A stretch of DNA of 64,000 nucleotides from contig OX597820.1 in assembly GCA_951406725.2 (NCBI GenBank), forward strand, positions 121,148,001 to 121,212,000, in the 5' to 3' direction. The notes under the pieces are model-generated. The model was not told the origin of the DNA, ran no database searches, and saw only the letters and a program-made list of their open reading frames with translations. The stretch is from Octopus vulgaris (taxonomy: Eukaryota). The position numbers and the translations under genes were made by a program. Below are positions 52,701 to 64,000 of this stretch, one piece after another. Position 1 is the stretch's first letter, and the number at the start of each line of letters is the position of its first letter.

Positions 52701-53584
52701 TCAAGCATGTACACGCTTTTTGAAAATTTAATAGACTTTACAGAATTCAATTCTTTTTATGAACACTTGTACATTCTTGTTCAGGCTTTTCTGATAACAC
52801 GAAAGAATGGAATCGCAAACACGAAGAAACATTTTCTACTTTATTTGTTTACATTTTCATTCAATAACTCTTTCACTGCGTTTTTGAACTTTACTAGCAA
52901 TTTCGGACATATTATCTTTGTTCAAAACCCTTAGTCTGACACTATTCATTAATTTTAACAAGTTAAATTTAATAAGAAATGAAAATTGATTGGCTGTTAT
53001 ATTGAATATATATTTCAGGCGACACCCTGTATAGTTCTTGTGGATAAAGATGGGCTAAAATTTAAGTAAATATTTTCCTGGGACGGGCTGCTGTTTCAGA
53101 ATCATTGATCTAAAGTATTATAAATATGGTTTTAGGAATGTTGTGAGAGAGGCCTTCCTAGCGGTTATTTCTCGACCAATGCAAAATATGTATTCGCAAC
53201 ATGATGAGAAAAGCTGATTCCGAGCAATAGCTTCTGTGGTTGATGGCAGCGGAGTGGTAAGATAAGCAAAGAGGAAAATAGATAATGTTATTTATATTAA
53301 CAAAGCAAAGAAAACAAACAGTAAAACACCGATGTCACTTAGTTTTCTACTAAAGAGAACAGTTAGGCGCAATGGGACTATTCAATCAGAAGGTGACGAA
53401 GATAAATTACTCGTGAAGTAGACTACATAAAGAAAATAGTTGTACGTTTGTTATCCTCGTTAGAAGACATTGGCAAATAGCTTGATGAGGAAAACATGCC
53501 TTTATCTCACGTGTCTTTTAAAATCCGTGCTATGCTTTACACCTAAAATATTTTGTTTCATTAGGATATATATATATATATAGC

Positions 53585-54060
53585 TGTGATACCAGACATT
53601 GTTTATCTGAAACAGCTGTAAAGATAAAGCTCGATCACGTCGTTTATTTGTAGAGTTGATTGTGTATGTGAATACATTACTTACGTCTGCTTTCGTTACT
53701 GATTTCTGCTTTCACATCCACTCGACGAAAATCGTTCTTACAGCAGACTTGCCACCGAAACGTTATCAAGAATGGACGATGGAATTGCTTCAACCTGTCA
53801 CGTGACAGTCGTCTCACATTCAGTCTGTTCAGGTTTCACCTTTCAGCCTCGAGGCTTTACAAAACGGACCATGAAATGTGGATTTGACTGACAAAAGATT
53901 TTACAGCGCTTTTACCACTCTCTTAGTCGGCATGTTAAATAGCACAGACAAGCATTGCAAGACCACCGGCACCGTTGTGACTACAAGTGTTATGGCCGAA
54001 TATTCTTCTCCTACAAGAGCGGTCTTTCCAACGACCTCATCAGAAATAATGGGAGCCTAC
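53585..54060 (+). mobile_element. Very decayed RTE-like LINE 3' end
   Basis: IPDIVYLKQ, PPKRYQE and terminal CYGRIFFSYKSGLSNDLIR resemble RTE C-terminal motifs. Confidence 0.4.
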
Positions 54061-54435
54061 TCTACACCTGGGAAATCAATTTAACCCATGGGTGCGACCC
54101 TGACCTGTTCTATTGCTGTATGTCGTTGTTCAGTTATATTTCAACATTTCTGGCCAATAGAGTAAGAACCGGTTTCTAACCTAGATTCAAACGCTCCTCC
54201 ATTGCAATTTCAAAGTCAACGACACGGTATTTTTGTTTATATGTATGGATGCACATGTATAGATGCATGTAAATGTGCAGATTTGCATGTTTTTTATGTA
54301 TGTAATCGCATGCATATAGTAGCAGATCAGGTCATGATCATATATATTTAGATGATAAACTTATGTATGTATACATATATATACTTATATACACACACAT
54401 ACATATATAAACGCAGATAGATATATAGGTGTGTG

Positions 54436-54494
<59 letters not shown>

Positions 54495-54526
54495 GTATAT
54501 ATACACACATATATATATATATATAT

Positions 54527-54750
54527 ATTTCTTTACTACCTACAAGGGGCTAAACACAGACGGGACAAACAAGGACAGACAAAGGGATTAAGTCGATTAT
54601 ATTAACCCCAGTGCAAAACTGGTACTTTATTTATCGACCTCGAGAGGATGAAAGGCAAAGCCGACCTCGGCGGAATTTGAACTCAGAACGTAGCGGCAGA
54701 CGAATTACGGCTACGCATTTCGTCCAGCGTGCTAACGATTCCGCCAGCTC
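54527..54750 (-). mobile_element. SINE family B long-tail variant
   Basis: Family body and head. Confidence 0.88.
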
Positions 54751-54770
54751 GATATATAGATATACATATA

Positions 54771-55171
54771 CTCTTTTACTCTTTTTCTTGTTTCAGTCAT
54801 TTGACTGCGGCCATGCTGGAGCACCGCCTTTAGTCAAGCAACTCGACCCCGGGACTTATTCTTTTTGTAAGCCCAGTACTTATTCTATCGGTCTCTTTTT
54901 GCCGAACCGCTAGGTGACGGGGACGTAAACACACCAGCATCGGTTGTCAAGCAATGCTAGGGGGACAAACACAGACACACAAACATACATACACACACAC
55001 ACATATATATATATATACATATATACGACAGGCTTCTTTCAGCTTCCGTCTACCAAATCCACTCACAAGGCTATAGCAGAAGACACTTGCCCAAGATGCC
55101 ACGCAGTGGGACTGAACCCGGAACCATGAGGGTGGTTAGCAAGCTACTTACCACACAGCCACTCCTGCGCC
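54771..55171 (-). mobile_element. SINE family A
   Basis: Full-length match with a small internal deletion. Confidence 0.9.
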
Positions 55172-55782
55172 TATATCTGTAATATGTGAGTGTGAATGTG
55201 TTCGTGACTAATTGTGTGTGCATATGTGGTTACGCACGCGCATGTGTGTGTGTTGATTGTCTAGAATATCAAAAAAGATTAGCGTAAAATTAAAAACACT
55301 TATTAAAGATCCACTTGTAAACTTGATGATTCGAATGACACATGTCGCACGCAGCAAAGCGGGTGCGGCTGGAAAAACTGGTATAGTGTTTTGTGAGGGG
55401 AGGCGGTTATGTGTATGAAAGCCTATGAACTTAATGACATGAGTTTAAGACGGGGACTGAGAGAGGGTCTGTTCGAACATGTTCGGTTAGGATGTGGGTC
55501 GTTGTAGGGTTATTATTCAATTACACTCCATCATTGTTACTATCATTTCTGTTTGGGTAACCCTGTTTACACGCAAAGACCTCAAACCAAAGCACGAGTC
55601 CATACATACACACACACACACACGCACATTTCAAATGTCTTTTATATATTTTGTATAGTGCCGTCCTTAATTACGGAGATGTACTTGCATAGCGAGTGAC
55701 TTGATCTGAGATCGTGAAGGTGTTTATAAGCCATTTAAGAAACACACAAAACCGTTAGATTCACTTCAACATTTAAATTTAA

Positions 55783-55833
55783 TTTGTTAAAATATTTTCG
55801 TCGCTTTAAGACCGCAACCTGTTCACTGACAAA
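55783..55833 (-). ncRNA. Type I hammerhead motif, G3-C8 core variant
   Basis: Minus strand TTTGTCA-GTGAACA-G-GTTGC/GGTCTTAAA/GCGAC-GAAA-ATATT-T-TAACAAA: stem I 6 of 7 bp, stem II 5 bp, palindromic AATATT stem III. Confidence 0.6.
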
Positions 55834-56078
55834 GCATCATGTTTTTCATAAGGAAAACCCTTTGTTGCCAATAAAGAAATCATCATCATCATTTCTTTTT
55901 ATCACAGGTTTTATTGGAGCTCATAGAGTCTTGCATGCGTAGCGGGCTTACTACCTGCAGCCTATGGTACCATGCTCTTTTCAGCTATGTAATACTTTTC
56001 TGATTATTCTGGGCGTGCCAAAGAGGCAAACTTTTTTTAACAGATCTATTGAGCTCTAATTAATATTATTATTATTAT

Positions 56079-56635
56079 TGAGTGAGAGAGTAGTGCATGC
56101 CATCAAAGTGACACTGGGGTAAAATATACCAAGCCCAATATACCCATCATGACTACCCGTTTGATAAGGGTACACCAGGCACATGCATCACAACCATATG
56201 TGCGCGACATGGTGATCTCTTATCAAGTTAAACAGCACATGACCTTGCAGGTGGGGCCCAGTTATAATTTTCTTCAGGTTGAGTAGCCCATCCCGCTCAA
56301 AAGGTCCCTGAATAAGGGTTGTTTAAGGATGTTGAAAGAACCACCCATGTTTCCAGAGGTGAAATTATTCAAACCCCAAAGAATCCCTCTCAACACATGG
56401 CTATGATGCTCCCCCCACTACTTCTGCTCGTGATCAGAGATGCACATATCGTCAGCCACTAAGGGACATGCTCAACTGGTTAAGGTCAAACAACTGACAA
56501 GCAAATCTGTGGTATTGAGCAGAATATTTGCTGTAGCCCATCTTTTATACCAAGACAAAACAATGTACATGATAACACTTCCAATCACTTAAGATCAGAA
56601 GTCTTGAGAGCCACTGCCTGGTACTGCATCAGGGC
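56079..56635 (-). mobile_element. About 550-bp non-coding retroposon embedded in (ATT)n, copy 2
   Basis: Collinear with 11499-12050; (ATT)n on both sides. Confidence 0.8.
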
Positions 56636-56636
56636 A

Positions 56637-56694
<58 letters not shown>

Positions 56695-57087
56695 AGCTAT
56701 TCCAAATTTGGTAGATTGAGTCAAATCTCTACTGCAACATCCGCTACACTCTGTGTTGCTGGGGTGTGTGCGGCATTGTGTGTCCTTTTCCGCTGTTGGG
56801 AATGTGCAAAATCTTCCCGGGACTGTAACTATGTAGGATTTTTTCCTTTGGGTGTGGGGATGTCTTTTGGTAATTGGTGTTCTAGCTTGCTGGTGGGAGT
56901 TTATTGCATTGGATAAATACTGAATAGAATGTATTATATTTGAGGGTTGTTTTTGTTTAGGTTGTATAATTGGATTCATAGTATCTTTCGTAGGATGTGG
57001 GCTGTTCCTAGCAAGGCTATGTTTTGGATAGTGTATAGAATTGAGGGTCCAGGTATATTTCGTCTTCTTCTTCTTCTTCTTCTTCTT

Positions 57088-57177
<90 letters not shown>

Positions 57178-57376
57178 TATTGGCACTTTTTGTTTTGCTG
57201 CGCATGCTACAATTATCACCACATTCATTCCATTCTAGATGGAGAGTGCTGTCCGTAGTATATGGACTGTACCCATCAAAGTTATCTTTTCTAGTTCATG
57301 GAGACTGGAGTTACCAGGGAGTTGCTTTATATACTTCTCAGCTCCCTTCTTTATCAATCCTGTTATTATTATTATT

Positions 57377-58150
57377 GTCTTTGCACAGCTTCTAGCGCTG
57401 GAGATGTACTTCAGCTTCAGCTGCTGACTAACAATGAACTAAGGTAACTCCACTTATTTTTCGAGTACCATCTGGAGTATTCGAGCGGTTCCAAGCAGTG
57501 CTGCTTTCTGCAAGTGCTCTACCCTTATTGTAGCCCCTATTTGTTTCATGTACTTTTCATGATTTTTATTCATTGTTCTCAGTGTTCCGGCAATTATTGA
57601 TATCACTACTACTACTTTTTTCATCGACCACAACTGCTTAACTTCCCATGCTAACCTGTCATATCTATCAACTTTTCTTTCTTCCTAATCGCATACCTTG
57701 TTGTCAGCTGAGCATGCTATATCTTATGATCCAACATAGTTTGTTTTCTTTCTCAATTAACATTATTTCTGGTTTCCTATCACTAAATCATGGTCGCACC
57801 GAATCACAAAATCCCACAGGATCTTTGCATTATTATTTTCGATGATGCCTTCAGGTTTATATTCGTACCACTGAAAAGCATCTAATGGACAATCCTTGCT
57901 ATATTGTCATGATGTCTCTTATATTCTTTCCAGGCTAGTGGCATACATTGACTGGTAATATGCCATACGGTTTCACCATTTTGTCCACAAATTCTGCACT
58001 TTCTGGTGTGTTGTCTATTCTGTATTTGACGTAATTGGTTCTTAATTCTTGCTCTTGAGCAGCACAGATTTGAGACACCGTTTCCGGTTTTAAATTACTT
58101 TTAGTCATCCCTAGCCATCTTTTTCTCTGTCTCTCTTATCTTCAACATCC
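57377..58150 (-). mobile_element. R4/Dong-like RLE retrotransposon 3' fragment
   Basis: Same 3' UTR and C-terminus as 21690-22024; extends through CCHC remnant CRICGQNGETVWHITSQC..YKRHHDNIARIVH. Confidence 0.85.
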
Positions 58151-59499
58151 CTATGAAATTGTCCGTCTATTCTTTTCTGTATCCACCTTTATTACTATTA
58201 GTATTAGCAGTAGTAACAGCAGCAGTGGCAGCAGCTACATCAAGAGCAGTAGCAATAGTTAGTGTTATTTTTGTAGTTATTTGGCCATTATTATTATTAT
58301 TTTTCTTCTTGTACTGTTTCGTTTTTCTTGTAATTGGGATGTCAAAATGACAAAGCAATCTTTCCTGTTTGCACTCAGTAACCCCACTAACCTGCCAATC
58401 AGCAGGTTTTTGTTGTTCTGTCTTATGTTTAGTTTTTTTTAATTCCTTACTGCAAAACTCTTATCCTGGTCACTGTGTTCCATTACTAAAGTTTCATCTC
58501 TATTTTTTGGTCACGTGGTGGGGCGTGTTAAAACACCGTTCAGTTTAATGATATCACGTAATGTTTGGGTGGATTCCCATGGAACACACAACACACCGTT
58601 TCCTTTGCCAGCACATCTGGTTGTTAGGTTACTTTCGCGGATTTCATTGTGATGGAACCCCCTCAAATAAAACTCGTAGTCACTTCTGATACACTCTTCG
58701 ATTCGATGTTTCCAAATATTTCCTGAAGTAAACGACATGCAAATATACAGGCTGCCCTCAGGTACCAATAATCTCACTAGTGTGCGAGGGACTACAAAGA
58801 TTACACACCTGGAATGAAAAGCATTTGATCATTATGCAATCTCACGCACTTCATTCTCTTTTTACAGAATGCCTTTTGTGAAGCATTTGACTATTATTTA
58901 TAGCGAACTGATGAATCTCGCTGCGTCTTTTTTTCTATTGAACGATTTTGATTTATGCTGTGTCAAAACCTTATAATTGTAAAAATTACTGGATTATAAG
59001 TTGAGGGAGATTTGGCTGTTATTTCCGTAAGCCTAGTTGTTGTATAGAACTCTTTGTACACTTACACTTGTATCTGCTCTTCTAGTTAGATAAAACACCC
59101 ATAAAGAATTCAATATATTGTTGGTTTTGTGATGGGGGGGAGAGGGTAGTGTGCATTTGCCACTGCTTTGCTCCATCTCTATCGGGTTTAGTGGTTTTTA
59201 TAATTCACAAAGGAAAATAACAAGATTTATTTATTATTATTTTTTTTTTTTGTGAGCTAGAGGTTAATTTAAGTTAGGATAACAGCAATGTGACAAAACG
59301 ATTAATTTCTTAACGAAAAAGATTGGCATATCTGAAATAATAACCGAAAGAGATGCAACAACTACAAGAAATTGTAATTTATTGCAAGCAGTTGCAATAA
59401 ATTTCATAATCAACGAATAATGTGAACTCGTTCAAGAAATACGTTTTCGCTTTTTTAAAAAAATTGTGTACGGGTTTATAAAAAAGTCATCGTCATCAG

Positions 59500-59581
<82 letters not shown>

Positions 59582-61397
59582 GTATGTATATTGGAAGCAA
59601 CTTACAGGTATGTGCTACCAATTCAAAACTTTGCATACCGGACACGATCAGATTTTTGGATCATCAAGAGAAAATGTGCGTCACATCAAGGCCTTCCTCT
59701 CGGCGGCATTATTGCGCACCAGAGCTGCTCAAACGTAAATGAATCTATCTGTAATAACTCATGAGTTATTGAGTGAAATACTTCCTTTAATGGAGACAAT
59801 TTACAAATATCCCAACTAGAATCGAACCAGGGTTAGCCATATACCGGACAGCTGCGATGAATCTATTCCAAAATGACTGGTTAAATTAACAAATATAAAT
59901 TATAAATTTTATCTATACATACCAGAAAGTGTGTAAATACAGGTTGCACTTATTTAAAGCCGAGTTTATTCTGATAATTTAATCTGAATTAAGACCGCTT
60001 ATTTAAGATAAATTAACTAAATGCAATTATTGACAATAAATTTTCAAAAAAATAGAAAGAATTTAATTCGGGTTTGTGTAAAGTATGACTAAAAAGGAGA
60101 ATATCTTACTTAAAACCATAGAATAGTCATATTTCTTGGTGATTCGAAAAATCTGGAAAGTGAACCAAATTTACGAGAAACGTGATAATCTCTGATGTTT
60201 ATCACGATATCCTATTATCTGGAATTTCATATATTCCTTAATTTCCTAGATATTTCATAACGTTTATATCAATCTATTTCCTAAATGTATCTAAGTATAT
60301 ATATTCGGATATTTGTCTGGTTACAACTGTAGTCGATTTTCTTAGTTTTTCTTTAGTTCTTGGCATATTCTTGAGATATACTTAAAATCCCACGACCATC
60401 CTAAATGATTCACGTCAAATGGAAGCGTAATCATTCGCCGGTGATTAGAATTTTCGTATTTAAACATACAAGAAAAAAAAAGGTTGTTTTTATTCATATA
60501 TTTTCTCAACCATAAGTGATGAAATAAGCAAAAATATTATTTGATCGCATCTAAAACTTGTCTTTAACTTAATCCAGTGTAATTAGCGACAACGTTAAGT
60601 GTATATATTTCCAAGACTGAGACAAAATCCCTGAGTTAGCAGGAGTTTAATACTCAATTAAGTTCTCTCTGTTTTACTGGTATTTATTTCATTAATCCCT
60701 GAATAATGAAAGGAAAATACGATAATTGAGAGATTTTAACTTAAAATATAAAAAGATGTTAACGCAAGACATTTTTTGTTGCCTCCTCACTTTTCTGCCA
60801 TTCAGCATCTAAATGTTTCCCGTAAAAATTAATGAGTTAGTCTGTTGGATATCTTTGCATAATTTTTTTCGTATTTTGAGAAAATCACTTTTCATCTCCA
60901 AATATCTGTTTGCTAGCAATCGCCTACGCAAGGCTTACAGCGGAAAGGAATCAAATCTGTGCCTCCTGGCCTTCTTGAAACTCACCTGTAATCTTTGTCT
61001 AATTATCTAAATTCACTTTTTTCCACTACAGTCAAGAAATTGTTAAAAACATTATAGAGCAATACTTAACTCGGACAGGCTGACGTTTCTGAAACGCGAT
61101 GTCAGTTGACAGCATAAATGGTTGATCTCTCTTCTGGGCATCGCAACAAAAGCAACAACCGTCACACTTCCCAGTAAAGTAATCTTCAATAGTTACAATT
61201 TTATTTGCAACATTTTACCTGCTTCGTTTAATTCTGTTAGTTTATGCAGACATCTCAATCAAAAACACAACTTTCTGGTTGTATGTATGCAATCAATACT
61301 GAAACTCATTTCTGATTCCATGTTAAAATCAGTTTGTTTCATGAGTAACTATTTTTAAATCTCACAGCGAGAGATATTCAACAACAGTAGTTTGGAG

Positions 61398-61641
61398 TAA
61401 AGATTGTTTGCCAACATAATATGGCAGTCCTGGTTTAGGACGAAAGTTGCTGTAAGTTAGCCTCAGGAGACATCGTCTCTAGCTGGCTATACGACATGAT
61501 CTTTGTCCTTATATTCCCTTGTTCGAAAATATAAAGACGCAGATCGTGTTGTATAGCCAGCTGGAGACGATGTCTCCTGGGGCTAAATTACAGCAACATT
61601 CGTTATAAACCAGGACTGCCATGTTATGTTGGCAATCTTTA
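61398..61641. mobile_element. Fold-back (palindromic) MITE
   Basis: About 115-bp arms TTGCCAACATAA.ATGGCAGTCCTGGTTTA... with a short central spacer; TA at both outer ends. Confidence 0.85.
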
Positions 61642-61773
61642 ATCACAGGTAAAGTTTAAAAATGAAATAAAAAAGCATCGTCAGTGAAGGTTGAAATTGA
61701 AGTATTTATTTAATTTAGAATTATTATGAGAATATAAGGTTAATTACTTGACGATATTTATCAATATATGAAA

Positions 61774-62226
61774 GCGGCGAGCTGACAAAATCATTAGCAC
61801 GCCCGGCACAACGTTCAGGAGCATTTCGTCTGTCTTTAAGTTCTTGATTCAAATGCCGACGTTGCTTTTGACCTTTTCGAGGTCGATAAAATAAATACCT
61901 ATTTCTTTACTACCCACAAGGGGCCAAACACAGAGGGTACAAACAAGGACAGACAAACGGATTAAGTCGATTACATCGACTCCAGTGCGTAACTGGTACT
62001 TATTTAATCGACCCCGACAGGATGAAAGGCAAAGTCGACCTCGGCGGAATTTGAACTCAGAACGTAACGGCAGACGAAAAACGGCTACGCATTTCGCCCG
62101 GCGTGCTAATGTTTCTGCCAGCTCGCCGCCTTAAGATAAAATAAATACCAATGTAGTACTGGGGTCGATGCAAGCGACCAAGCTCCTACCCTGAAACTGC
62201 TGACCTTGTGCCAAAAATTAAAACCA
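61774..62226 (+). mobile_element. SINE family B (host of nested insertion)
   Basis: Head 61774-61899, tail resumes at 62135. Confidence 0.8.
61900..62134 (-). mobile_element. SINE family B long-tail variant inserted antisense into another copy
   Basis: 15-bp TSD GATAAAATAAATACC at 61885-61899 and 62135-62149. Confidence 0.92.
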
Positions 62227-62764
62227 GAATTTTATCAATATCTGATCTAAAATTTTCAAGAGTGACTTCCATCCTAAAAAGAGTAAGCAAAATTGATAAA
62301 AAGTGGATGGTTCTTCAGCGCTCAGATCGTATCACTACATGAATATGCCTCACCTCAGCCGTACAAAGGAAAATATAAGATATTAATAATCTATCTTGTG
62401 TAAATCTGTGTTTCGATTGGAAGAGGATGTTAATTGCCGTTTCGTAATTATGATGCATCGTCTGAAGGTGGAGGTAATTTTAATAAATCAAGAATTTGTA
62501 CTGTATGATATTCACTATTACTCTCAGTTCTCTTGAGAGAGATACATACATAGAAGCATACATACAAACGTATGTACTTACATATAAACGTACACAAACA
62601 TACACACGTGTAGGAGTGTGGCTTTGGCGAAACTCCACCTGATTCAAAATAGATTCTTCAGCTGGTTGATATCACAGAGATACACTTTTAGAAGCCATTC
62701 ACATAGACGAGATGATTTATGGATTGTCCACAGTATGTGTGTGTGTTTGTGTGTGTGTGTGTGC

Positions 62765-62800
<36 letters not shown>

Positions 62801-63334
62801 ATGTATGTATGTATGTATGTATGTATGTATGTATGTATGTGCGTGCGTGCGTGCGTGCTGTGGCTGGTTTTCTTCAACAAATTACTGACAGTAATGGTGT
62901 ACAAGCGACTAAGATTGAACGGGGACATCAGATTTTCGTGAAAGAATTTCCATTTTCAGTGCTAATGGTCTGTTATTGTTAATGTTTTTTTCTTCCCCTA
63001 ATCCTCTCATATGTTTTACATTTTGCTATGGTGACATTCTTGATATATTGCTACAAATGTCGGCCAAACTTCTTTACTGCTTTTGTTTGTCCGTATCCAA
63101 GTTTCTCAGATTATTGTACAACTGTCAAAATTCTTTCGTGTATTTAATTCACACTAAACTGTTTTAAAGTTTTCATTTATCGCTCCAGTTTAACTGTAAA
63201 TGGTTTCCGCAAACAAGTTCCGACAGATTTCTTAAATTAGCTATTAAAAAAAAAAAAAAGAAACTCTGCAGCCGTCTTTACCTCAGTTTTTTCTTCGTTA
63301 ATCGAGAATGGTTAACCTCCATGATCATTGTCAT

Positions 63335-63631
63335 GACCTCCATCATCATCATTCATCATTGGTCGACCATGGTCGAGACAATGGAATTTACCATGCTACG
63401 CCAGACTTCACGGTCCATCATGGCATTGCGGAGGTCCTGTTGCTGGATGCCTGTATCCCTGGAGATTACATCAGGGTAGGAGAGGGTGCGCCCTCTGGTA
63501 TTGCGAGTAGATGGCTTCCAGAGGAGAAGAGTAGAAATTACCTCTTTTTCAGCTCTACAACAATGTCTAGCAAACTGGACTCTCTTACTTTTCACCTCCA
63601 GACATGTTAGACCGGGTACGATTGCCTTCAA
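63335..63631 (-). mobile_element. RTE-like LINE 3' end
   Basis: KRVQFARHCCR..LLLWKP..RGRTLSYPDVI..AMMDREVWR followed by a (TGA)n tail. Confidence 0.8.
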
Positions 63632-63911
63632 CTATGTGAAGCCCACTAAAGATATCTACTAGACTGATAGATTTGTTAAATCTCCCAACAGATAATGTCT
63701 ACCACCCGAGGTAAATGTACCCGAAATGTTTTAGTTTAAATTTAGTTTAAATATCAGATGCTAATCTTTCATGTTTCTTATTTCGTATATCTAATATTAG
63801 GAATTCCTATTGTTTCGAGATCAAATAACTACCCGGCTTTTCTTCTTCTGTCTGCCTTTTAGTTTATCTTTAAATTGTTTTTAGTTGGATCAGTAATTAA
63901 CATTTCTCTTT

Positions 63912-64000
63912 TAACGTTTACTTACTTCAGTCATTAGACTACGCCCATGCAGGAGCAACGCGTTGAAGTATTTTAGTTGAACGAATCGACTCCAGTACAT
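63912..64000 (-). mobile_element. SINE family A tail, runs off the window
   Basis: TTCAGTCATTAGACTACGCCCATGCAGGAGCA. Confidence 0.7.

Noticed and set aside
53584-53623. GAAACAGCTGTA hammerhead-like word
   Set aside because: Core is incomplete (CTGTGA), there is no clear stem I, and the sequence is explainable as RTE-like coding remnant.
61066-61108. AACT...GAAACGCGATGTC-AGTT motif
   Set aside because: Core heptamer too divergent.

Overview
AT-rich animal genomic DNA saturated with repeats. The tRNA-derived SINE families and dense (TA)n/(CA)n/(ATT)n microsatellites suggest an octopus (Octopus sp.) intergenic or intronic region; this taxon call is pattern recognition, not a database result. 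No intact host protein-coding gene is supportable, and most ORF-track entries are microsatellite translations. The window holds about 30 SINE copies from at least 4 families and decayed non-LTR retrotransposons (RLE-type R4/Dong-like, several within (ATT)n tracts, plus RTE-like and L1/Tx1-like). It also holds one decayed Tc1/mariner transposase, Helitron remnants, several MITEs (including 3 copies of a TTAGGG-carrying MITE with perfect 8-bp TSDs), fold-back palindromes, and short Penelope-like remnants lodged in (TA)n tracts. The most notable signal is a dispersed set of minimal type I hammerhead-ribozyme motifs with palindromic stem III. Their core 3-8 tertiary pair occurs in three compensatory states (C3-G8, U3-A8, G3-C8). 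Boundaries of decayed elements are approximate.
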